From the NCBI GenBank assembly GCA_949288185.1, contig CASEIZ010000050.1, forward strand, positions 35,020-99,019: a stretch of DNA of 64,000 nt, in the 5' to 3' direction. Both the position numbers and the translations under genes were made by a program. Below are positions 56,636 through 64,000 of this stretch, piece after piece. The notes under the pieces were generated by a model. That model ran no database searches. It worked only from the letters and a program-made list of their open reading frames with translations, and had not been told where the DNA came from. The stretch comes from an uncultured Eubacteriales bacterium (lineage in GTDB: Bacteria; Bacillota; Clostridia; TANB77; CAG-508). Each line of letters opens with the position of its first letter. The stretch's first letter is position 1.

Positions 56636-56871
56636 ACAGTTCACAGCTCAATAAAGGCCAGGGAAAGGTTATGTTATTCTAGATTGAATGGATTTCGAAT
56701 GTGATTGAAGTACTTGTAGCCTTTCTTAATTTAAAACAAATGAGGAAGCGGGAATAGCGAGAGGCTCGTTTGTTTTAGATTTAGAAAGGCTAAAGTACGC
56801 ATTGAGCCGAGAAATTCATGAAATATAGAATAACATAACCTTTCCCTGGCCTTTATTGAGCTGTGAATTGT
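56636..56871. repeat. 236-bp palindromic element (B/D family) with core at 56738-56771
   Basis: Arms ACAGTTCACAGCTCAATAAAGGCCAGGGAAAGGTTATGTTATTCTA and its complement. The core is AAATGAGGAAGCGGGAATAGCGAGAGGCTCGTTT. Confidence 0.85.
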
Positions 56872-56923
56872 AGCTAGTTATTATTACGTTTGATCCTTTA
56901 AGTATATCTTTATTATGTTGAAA

Positions 56924-56976
56924 CATCGCGTAAGCGACCAGATAAGCTGAAAGCGAGTGCGATTGGGGTAACCTAC
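56924..56976. repeat. second copy of the A-type G/C-rich core
   Basis: CATCGCGTAAGCGACCAGATAAGCTGAAAGCGAGTGCGATTGGGGTAACCTAC compared with the reverse complement of 5621-5672, CACCGCGTAAGCGACCAAACGAACGCAGTGAGTGCGATTGGAGCAACCTACG. Confidence 0.8.
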
Positions 56977-57071
56977 AAAAGAAATATAATTGTAAAAATT
57001 ATGTTAAATGTTGAAAAACAGATGGATTTACAATATAATAGATACTGTAAAAAATGAAAGGAAATAAAAAG

Positions 57072-57956
57072 ATGAGTGATATTTTAGAAGATACCCAATT
57101 TATTATGAAAAAATATAAGATTAGAGCCAATAAAGCATTAGGACAAAATTTTTTAATTAATCAAAATGTAGTTGATAAAATTGTAGAATGTAGCGATATC
57201 ACAAAGGAAGACTTAGTCATTGAAATTGGACCAGGATTAGGAACGCTAACAAAGGAATTATTAGAAAAAGCAGGAAAAGTCATTTGTATTGAGCTTGACA
57301 AAAAAATGATAAAAATATTAACAGATAGATTTTCCCTATATGAAAATTTTGAAGTCATTCATGGAGATGTATTACAAATCAGATTAAATAAAATGATAAA
57401 AGAAGAAAAAGAAAAAAATGGTTTCAAATCTGCTAAAATCGTAGCAAACTTACCATATTATATAACGACACCGATTATTATGAAATTATTAGAAGATAGA
57501 TTAGATTTAGAAAGCATCACAGTTATGATACAAAAAGAAGTAGCAGATAGATTAATTGCGATTCCAGGAGAAAAAGAAACAGGTGCGATTACCTATTCTA
57601 TATGTTATTATGCGACATCTGAGGGGATTATGGAAGTACCAAAAGATTCATTTATACCAGAGCCAGAAGTCACTTCAAAAGTTATCAAATTAACATTAAG
57701 AAAAGAACCACCGGTAGCAGTAAAAAGTAGAGGTGTTATGTTTAGAATTATAAAAAGTGCTTTTATGCAAAGAAGAAAAACTTTGTTAAATGCATTAACC
57801 AATACAAAAGTATTTATGTCTAAAGAAGAAGGACTAAGAATTTTAAAAGAATTGGATTTAGATGAAAATGTAAGAGCAGAAAAATTAACATTAAACGATT
57901 TTGCTGAGATAACCAATAAAATATTGGTAGATGAATCAGATGAGAAGAATAACTAA
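57072..57956 (+). CDS. rsmA: 16S rRNA (adenine1518/1519-N6)-dimethyltransferase RsmA/KsgA
   Basis: KALGQNFL, EIGPGLGTLT and NLPYYITTPI. The ATG at 57072 is favoured by GAAAGGAAA. Confidence 0.9.
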   Translation: MSDILEDTQFIMKKYKIRANKALGQNFLINQNVVDKIVECSDITKEDLVIEIGPGLGTLTKELLEKAGKVICIELDKKMIKILTDRFSLYENFEVIHGDVLQIRLNKMIKEEKEKNGFKSAKIVANLPYYITTPIIMKLLEDRLDLESITVMIQKEVADRLIAIPGEKETGAITYSICYYATSEGIMEVPKDSFIPEPEVTSKVIKLTLRKEPPVAVKSRGVMFRIIKSAFMQRRKTLLNALTNTKVFMSKEEGLRILKELDLDENVRAEKLTLNDFAEITNKILVDESDEKNN

Positions 57957-58071
57957 AAAATAAAAGAATTAAAAGAAGAAAAGTGTAAACAGGCTATAGA
58001 AAAAATAGCTTTAAGATAAAGGATAAAATTTTGAATATAAAATAAAGAAAAACATAAGAACTGGAGGAAAT

Positions 58072-58587
58072 ATGGAGAAAAGAGATTTGGTAGACAAAAA
58101 TAGAAGAACCATTGGAGAAACAACAACAGAGGAAAGTAATATAGCAGAAGGAAAATATGTCCAAATTGTTATAATGTGTATTGAAAATCATAAAAAAGAA
58201 TTTTTAATACAAAAAAGAGCACAAAAGAAAAATGGAAAATGGGCATTAACAGGTGGTCATGTAATATCAGGAGAAAATAGTGTACAAGCTATTTTAAGAG
58301 AAGTTCAAGAAGAATTAGGATTAACATTACAAGAAAAAGAAATAGAATTGGTATTTTCCAAACGAGCATATGACTGTTTTGTAGATTTATATTATACAAA
58401 AAAAGAAGTAGAATTAGAAAACTTACAATTAGAAAAAAAAGAAGTAGAAAGTGTAAAATGGATGAATTTAGAAGAAATTAAACATTTGAAAGAAAATGAC
58501 GCATTTTTAGAATGTCATTATGATGGTTTGCAGGAATGTATATATTTTTTAGAAAAAATAAAAGAAGAGGAGAAGAAAAATGTATAA
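58072..58587 (+). CDS. NUDIX hydrolase
   Basis: Nudix box GGHVISGENSVQAILREVQEELGL. Confidence 0.8.
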   Translation: MEKRDLVDKNRRTIGETTTEESNIAEGKYVQIVIMCIENHKKEFLIQKRAQKKNGKWALTGGHVISGENSVQAILREVQEELGLTLQEKEIELVFSKRAYDCFVDLYYTKKEVELENLQLEKKEVESVKWMNLEEIKHLKENDAFLECHYDGLQECIYFLEKIKEEEKKNV

Positions 58588-59401
58588 ATTAGTCGCAATC
58601 GATTTAGATGGAACACTGGTAACAGATGAGAAAGAATTAACACCAAAAACAATTGAAACAATTAAAGAAGCATCAAAAAAAGGTGTAAAAATTATGATAT
58701 CAAGTGGAAGGGCATTTTATCGTTTGGAAAAATATATCGATGCATTAGATTTAAAAAAAGAAAATCAATGTACCATTTGCTTCAATGGAGGAATGATTGT
58801 AGAAAATACTACTAAAGAAATTATATATTCACAAAATTTAGATGCACAAGAAGTAAATGAATTAATACAATTGGGAAAATCATTAGATTTACCAATTATG
58901 ATATATACAAGAGATGCACATTGTGTAGAAGCGGTGCCAGAAGTTGTACAAAAAAACGCTAAAAATTTAAAAGGAATGAACTTGAAAATGGTCGATTTCG
59001 ATAAAATGAATTTTAGTGAAGAACAGAATTATATTTATAAAATTTGTTTTATTGATAAACCAGAGATTATCCTAGAAAAAAGAAACGAAATTCCAAAAGA
59101 AATTGTGGAAAAATATGAAATAACCAGTAGTGTTCCAGAATATTTAGAAATTGTCAAAAAAGGAATCAAAAAATCAGAAGCAATCAAAGTGGTTATGGAA
59201 AAATATCATATAAAACAAGAAGAAGTGATGGCAATAGGAGATGGAGAAAATGATGTAGAAATGCTAGAGTTTGCAGGACTAGGAATTGCGATGGAAAATG
59301 CGAAAGATGATGTAAAAAGATTTGCAAATGACATTACAACTTCTAATAACCATGATGGTGTTGCTAATGCCATTGAAAAATATATTTTAAGAGGAGAATA
59401 A
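58580..59401 (+). CDS. Cof-type HAD-IIB phosphatase
   Basis: LVAIDLDGTL, SGRAF and GDGENDVEM. It overlaps the upstream gene by 8 nt. Confidence 0.85.
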   Translation: MYKLVAIDLDGTLVTDEKELTPKTIETIKEASKKGVKIMISSGRAFYRLEKYIDALDLKKENQCTICFNGGMIVENTTKEIIYSQNLDAQEVNELIQLGKSLDLPIMIYTRDAHCVEAVPEVVQKNAKNLKGMNLKMVDFDKMNFSEEQNYIYKICFIDKPEIILEKRNEIPKEIVEKYEITSSVPEYLEIVKKGIKKSEAIKVVMEKYHIKQEEVMAIGDGENDVEMLEFAGLGIAMENAKDDVKRFANDITTSNNHDGVANAIEKYILRGE

Positions 59402-59402
59402 C

Positions 59403-59795
59403 ATGGATAAAGATTTTCAGATATTAATAGAAGAAGCAAAAAAGATAGCTAAAAAGAAGATTTTAAGTAATTATGCATCTTGTGGTCATGTGGGTTGTGC
59501 ATTAATGACAGCAAAAGGAAATATCTATACAGGAATTTGCTTAGATTTAAATTGTGGATTGGGAAAATGTGCAGAGTATGCAGCCATTGCAGAAATGTTA
59601 AAACATAATGAAAGTGAAATTAAAAAAATCGTTTCTTTTTCAGCAAAAGGTGTTATTTATCCACCTTGTGGAAGTTGTAGAGAATTGATTCGTATGGTGG
59701 ATAATAAAAATCTTGAGACTGAGGTTATGGTTAGAGAAGATAAAGTTTGCAAGTTAAAAGAATTGTTGCCAGAGATGTATATAACCAAAAAATAA
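59403..59795 (+). CDS. cytidine-deaminase-fold zinc deaminase, blasticidin-S-deaminase-like (130 aa)
   Basis: The CAE and PCGSCRE zinc motifs are present. The NxEN ribose-contact motif of true Cdd is replaced by ICLDLN. The LLPEMY tail is present. Confidence 0.6.
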   Translation: MDKDFQILIEEAKKIAKKKILSNYASCGHVGCALMTAKGNIYTGICLDLNCGLGKCAEYAAIAEMLKHNESEIKKIVSFSAKGVIYPPCGSCRELIRMVDNKNLETEVMVREDKVCKLKELLPEMYITKK

Positions 59796-59824
59796 AAGAA
59801 AAAATATGCAAATCGGAGGAATAT

Positions 59825-60742
59825 ATGTTAGCAGATAGATTAAAAATAGGAGATACTATAGGAATTGTATCACCTTCTACACCAATTATGGGAGATAGAG
59901 AACAAGCATTAGATACAGGAAGAAAATTATTAGAAGAAATAGGAATTAATAGTGTAAAAGGAAACTATGTCAATAAAAACACATTAGGATATTCAGCAAC
60001 AAAAGAAGAAAAAGCGGAAGATATAAATAATATGTTTTCTGATAAAAACATAAAAGGTGTTTTTTCTTCAAAAGGAGGAGAAAATAGTTTTACTTGCTTA
60101 GGATTAATTGATTATGAAAATATAAAGAAAAATCCTAAAATTGTATATGGAATTAGTGATGCAACCAATTATTTAAATGCCATATATGCTAAAACAGGCT
60201 TAGTTACATTTCATCAATCAGATGTAAAAAGTTTTTCTTTTATAGATAAAAAAAGTTTTGAATTTCAAGATTTTAAGCGAAGATTAGTCGATGGAGAAAT
60301 AGGAAAGATACATAAAAATTCTGAATGGAAGTGCTTAAGAGAAGGGATAGTAGAAGGAATTGCTGTTGGAGGAAACTTAGAATCTCTAATGAATTTATTA
60401 AATACAGAATATATGCCAGATATAATAAATAAAATTTTGTTCTTAGAAGCATATGCTAGTTCTACACCATTAGAATTGGTAGATTGTTATTTATCTGTTT
60501 TAAAATATCATAAAGTATTTGATAAAATAAAAGGATTATGGATAGGACATTATCATGGAGACACAGAAACTATAAAATTTGAAGATGTTGTTATGAACAA
60601 TTTAAAAGAATACAAATTTCCAATATTAAAATGTGATGATTTTGGACATGATTGTGAAGATATAGTGATTCCAATTGGTGGAAAGATTAGATTAGATGCA
60701 ACGAATTGTGAAGTAGAAATATTAGAAAAGATTGTAAATTAG
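59825..60742 (+). CDS. S66-family LD-carboxypeptidase (LdcA/MccF-like)
   Basis: IGIVSPS, nucleophile motif GISDATN, and FGH near the C-terminus. GGAGG favours the ATG at 59825. Confidence 0.8.
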   Translation: MLADRLKIGDTIGIVSPSTPIMGDREQALDTGRKLLEEIGINSVKGNYVNKNTLGYSATKEEKAEDINNMFSDKNIKGVFSSKGGENSFTCLGLIDYENIKKNPKIVYGISDATNYLNAIYAKTGLVTFHQSDVKSFSFIDKKSFEFQDFKRRLVDGEIGKIHKNSEWKCLREGIVEGIAVGGNLESLMNLLNTEYMPDIINKILFLEAYASSTPLELVDCYLSVLKYHKVFDKIKGLWIGHYHGDTETIKFEDVVMNNLKEYKFPILKCDDFGHDCEDIVIPIGGKIRLDATNCEVEILEKIVN

Positions 60743-60766
60743 ATAAAGAATAGGAAGATGATAGTT

Positions 60767-61075
60767 ATGAATAAAAAGAATAAAGTAGTTGTTCTAGTTG
60801 GTTCATTAAAGTTTTGGAACAAAATACAAGAAATGCATGAAAAATTAGAATTACAAGGATATGCCGTTATTGGAATAACACCACATGTGATGGAAAGAAA
60901 TTATACAAAAGAAGAAGAGGATTTATTAGATGAATTGCAGATGTCAAAAATAAAATTGGCTGATGCTATTTTTGTAGTGAATGTGAATCAATATATTGGA
61001 TTTAGTACCAGTAGAGAAATTGAATTTGCAAAATCACTAAACAAAGAAATTATGTACTTAGAAGACAAAAAATAG
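60767..61075 (+). CDS. small Rossmann-like protein, nucleoside 2-deoxyribosyltransferase-like (tentative)
   Basis: Pattern VVVLVGSLKFW...KIKLADAIFVVNVNQYIGFSTSREIEFA. Confidence 0.35.
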   Translation: MNKKNKVVVLVGSLKFWNKIQEMHEKLELQGYAVIGITPHVMERNYTKEEEDLLDELQMSKIKLADAIFVVNVNQYIGFSTSREIEFAKSLNKEIMYLEDKK

Positions 61076-61374
61076 ATAATAATATAAGAAGAAAGTGTAT
61101 TAGAAAAATAATAAAAAATCTTAGAAAGACAAAAAAGAAGATAAAATAAAAAAATTCATAATGAAATTAAGAATGATAAGCTTTAAAAGTAAGATTTTAA
61201 GGCTTATTTTTATACCTAAAGACTTTATTTAAGAATTAAGAAAATAAAAGCAATGTGAATTTGTTAAAATCTACGAATAGTAGACAGTAAAATATAGAAT
61301 TCTACTTATAATTAGTTTAATATTTTTAGTCTTTTAGTTATATTGTATATAATTATAATTAAAGGAGGAAAATT

Positions 61375-62139
61375 ATGAATCAAGAAAAAATAGGAAAATT
61401 TATTGCTCAATGTAGAAAAGAAAAAAATCTTACACAATCACAATTAGCAGAAAAGCTAAATATGTCTAATAAGTCTATTTCTAAATGGGAGACTGGAAAA
61501 GGAATGCCAGATTCTTCTATTATGCTAGAATTGTGTACGTATTTGGGGATTAATGTAAATGAATTACTAAGTGGAGAACATTTAGAAAAGGAAGAATATC
61601 AAGAAAAAGCGAGTGAAAATATAATAAATATTGCAAAAGAATCAGATAAAAACAAAAAAATAAAGAATAAAATAATAGTAGCAATTGCAATTGTTGCGAT
61701 TTGTCTATTAATAGTATTAATTATGAGTGCTATTTATAAACATATAGAGATAAGCCTAGAATATGATAATAGGTTAATAAAAGCTAAAATAGAAGAGGAT
61801 AGTATCATATGTTCTTTTAATGGTTCAAGCTTAGTTACATTATATTATCAAACGTTTAATACGAATAGCGAAACATTAATATTTGTAAACGGGAAAATGC
61901 TATTACAGAATAAAATTCATAGTCATTTTGAAACTTGGGATTCTATGGCTCAACTAAATAATGAAAAAAATTTAAATTTTAATTCAGAATTGATAATAAA
62001 TAAAAGTAAAGATATTCCAAACTGTAAAGAAAAAATTAAAGTTTATTATACAAATATATCTTTTAATAAAATAGAAGAAGCTAATCAAGATGAATTACAA
62101 TCTATAATAGAAAATTCGGATTTGATGGTGGAAAGCTAA
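61375..62139 (+). CDS. XRE-family HTH protein with a TM helix and extracytoplasmic domain
   Basis: HTH LTQSQLAEKLNMSNKSISKWETG, and TM helix IIVAIAIVAICLLIVLIMSAI. Confidence 0.75.
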   Translation: MNQEKIGKFIAQCRKEKNLTQSQLAEKLNMSNKSISKWETGKGMPDSSIMLELCTYLGINVNELLSGEHLEKEEYQEKASENIINIAKESDKNKKIKNKIIVAIAIVAICLLIVLIMSAIYKHIEISLEYDNRLIKAKIEEDSIICSFNGSSLVTLYYQTFNTNSETLIFVNGKMLLQNKIHSHFETWDSMAQLNNEKNLNFNSELIINKSKDIPNCKEKIKVYYTNISFNKIEEANQDELQSIIENSDLMVES

Positions 62140-62299
62140 TTATAATAAAGATTAGTACGTTTCCATGTATATGATTTATAATATTTTTGATAGAATACAA
62201 AAAAATAAATAGAGGAAAAAACAAGAACAAATTTTCACAAATGTATTAAAAAATTGTTTAAATTATGATATAAATAGAAGAAATAAAAGAGATTTTAAG

Positions 62300-62680
62300 T
62301 TGTACGGAATTTCCGAACAACTTAATATTGAAGGGATGTTTCGTATAATAGAATCAATTCCTTCAAAAAATGCTGAACCAATAAAACAATGGTTAGCACA
62401 TCTAGGAAAAGAAAGAGGGAGGTGTAAAGAAGATAGGAGTTATGCAATTATAAGCGAAGCAATTTCTTCGAAGAATCCTCACAGCTTTTTACAGAAGTAA
62501 TTCAAGGAGCTATTTCACGTAATAAGAAATGAAAAGATGACTAGAGCAAAAGCAGAAGGAAGTTATGTACATAATTAGAGATTTTGAAAAAGAAACTAAA
62601 ATTAGTTTAGATGCAGAAAAACAAATTAAACATGAAGAAAGAGAAAAGGGATGGGAGCTAAAAAGATAAAGAAATATAAA
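62300..62680 (+). pseudogene. degraded remnant of a Bro-N/DinD-like (phage antirepressor-type) gene
   Basis: RIIESIPSKNAEPIKQWLAHLGKERG resembles the conserved DinD/Bro motif. The remainder is fragmented across frames with stops. Confidence 0.45.
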
Positions 62681-62795
62681 AAAATATGACAAAAAGCTAC
62701 AAAAACATTATTTTTTTGTAACATTTAACAAATTTTGTAATAAATATGTTATAATTGAAAAGAGGATTTATATTGAATAAAAGGAGAAATTGTAA

Positions 62796-63971
62796 ATGTC
62801 TATAAGGTTAAAAAAGCCACATAATGTGGAAACAGATCAAAAAGTTACGTTAAAAAGACGTAAAGTAAAATTGGAACAGAAAATAGAAATATTTGAAGAA
62901 TTTATGAAAACAGGAGAAAAATTAGTTGGAAATACAATTTTTAAGGGATATCCGATAGGACAATGGGCTATACAAATAAGAAATAGTTTAAATAGAATGA
63001 ATAATGGAAAAGATGACAAAGTAAAAATTAGCCTAACAAAAGAAAAATTGGAAAAATTGGAAAGTATGGGCATTTTAGAAAGGCAAATTGATTCAACAAT
63101 AGATGAAAAAATTGATAGTTTAGTTGAGTGGAGAAGAAAATATCCAAAAATAAAAATAACACCTATCGCAACAGATGAAGAATTAAGAGAATATGCTAGA
63201 ACAGATGAAGAATTTGTGCAAATTCAAGAAGAATATGAAAAAATGCAAAGATATTATGATTATGTAAGAATTAGAAAACATCAAGGAAAATTAAATGAAG
63301 AACAAATGAAAAGACTCAAAGAAGGAAAGATTGGAGGCGTTTTTGGATATCCAACAAGAATAGAAGAATTAGCAAAAAGATATGGAATATTAGAAAAAGA
63401 CATAGATTACTTATTAACAAAATTTGGTACACTAGATAATTTTTATGAAATGCATAATACAGGGAAAATTGAAGATAAAAAGGATAGAACGTTAGAAGAG
63501 AAAATAATAAGAAATGTAGTTGATATGGATGATAATTCTAATATGGGATATGATAATTTATATAGAGATATATTGGCAATGAAAAAAACAACACCCGACG
63601 TGGATTTCTATTCATCTAAAGGATTGCAAGAAGAACTTGAAACACTAAGCAAAAGAGAAAAATATGTGATAGAAAGTATATATGGATTAACGGAAGGAAC
63701 AACACCTACAACATTAGAGAATGTAGGCAGAGAATTAGGGATGACAGGAGGAGGAGTCTCTCCGATAAAGAATAAAGCATTTAGAAAATTAAGACATCCG
63801 GCCAGAGTTAGAAAATATAGAATTACTTTTGAAAGTGAATGCTTAACAGATGAAGAAAGACAGTCAATCGAGAAATTAAAAAAAGATATTCAATTACAAA
63901 ATGGTAATCTATATGAAAACTTGGGAAAGTTAAAGGAAATTAAAGAAAGATTAGATAAAGAGAAAGATTAG
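62796..63971 (+). CDS. hypothetical protein: helicase-associated (HA)-like N-region + sigma-70 region-4-like C-terminus
   Basis: FKGYPIGQWAIQIRNSL...EKLEKLESMGI is HA-domain-like. TLENVGRELGMTGGGVSPIKNKAFRKLRHPARVRKY resembles RpoD region 4.2 with an altered recognition helix. Confidence 0.55.
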   Translation: MSIRLKKPHNVETDQKVTLKRRKVKLEQKIEIFEEFMKTGEKLVGNTIFKGYPIGQWAIQIRNSLNRMNNGKDDKVKISLTKEKLEKLESMGILERQIDSTIDEKIDSLVEWRRKYPKIKITPIATDEELREYARTDEEFVQIQEEYEKMQRYYDYVRIRKHQGKLNEEQMKRLKEGKIGGVFGYPTRIEELAKRYGILEKDIDYLLTKFGTLDNFYEMHNTGKIEDKKDRTLEEKIIRNVVDMDDNSNMGYDNLYRDILAMKKTTPDVDFYSSKGLQEELETLSKREKYVIESIYGLTEGTTPTTLENVGRELGMTGGGVSPIKNKAFRKLRHPARVRKYRITFESECLTDEERQSIEKLKKDIQLQNGNLYENLGKLKEIKERLDKEKD

Positions 63972-64000
63972 CTAAAGAGAAAGAAAGATTAGCTAAAGAA

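Overview
AT-rich Firmicutes/Clostridia-type chromosomal segment, gene-dense and mostly + strand, with many TTG/GTG starts and strong GGAGG-type ribosome-binding sites (RBS). Recognisable content, in order:
- aspS 3' end, TSCPD protein, mnmA, a monofunctional transglycosylase, dapF, dapL, an HD hydrolase, ruvA, rarA and a split TauE exporter.
- A Cys/His/Asp/Lys-repeat protein and a 2838-aa cyclic beta-1,2-glucan synthase-like giant.
- A small islet: M15/PG-binding hydrolase, RhuM, XRE.
- A remodelled dcw cluster: mraZ-rsmH-ftsL-[four unknown genes]-PBP-murE-mraY-ftsW-murG.
- A WalK-like kinase, lepB, holB, ricT, ferredoxin and thiN.
- A four-subunit 2-oxoacid:ferredoxin oxidoreductase operon on the minus strand.
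- A WalR-like regulator, ispG, ispH, an Rpn nuclease, a second PASTA PBP (minus), rsmA, and a Nudix/HAD/deaminase/S66-peptidase cluster.

No rRNA, tRNA, CRISPR array, integrase or classical defence genes were seen.

Most interesting observations:
1. A four-gene lineage-specific module splits the dcw cluster between ftsL and the PBP. It includes a fusion of a 2H-phosphoesterase-like domain with a degenerate DHH/DHHA1-like domain.
2. A mosaic family of G/C-enriched long palindromic intergenic elements (135-390 bp). Copies share cores, their arms differ but stay self-complementary, and a GGGGACG heptamer recurs only in intergenic hairpins.
3. Ten same-strand ACAAAAG heptamers lie in the unusually long mraZ-rsmH spacer, next to a textbook MraZ operator.
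4. Three genes, including essential murG, are broken by single-base frameshifts at poly-A runs.
5. An operon of unknown E/K-rich proteins follows dapL at 5797-9483.

All homology calls are motif recognition by eye. No searches were run.
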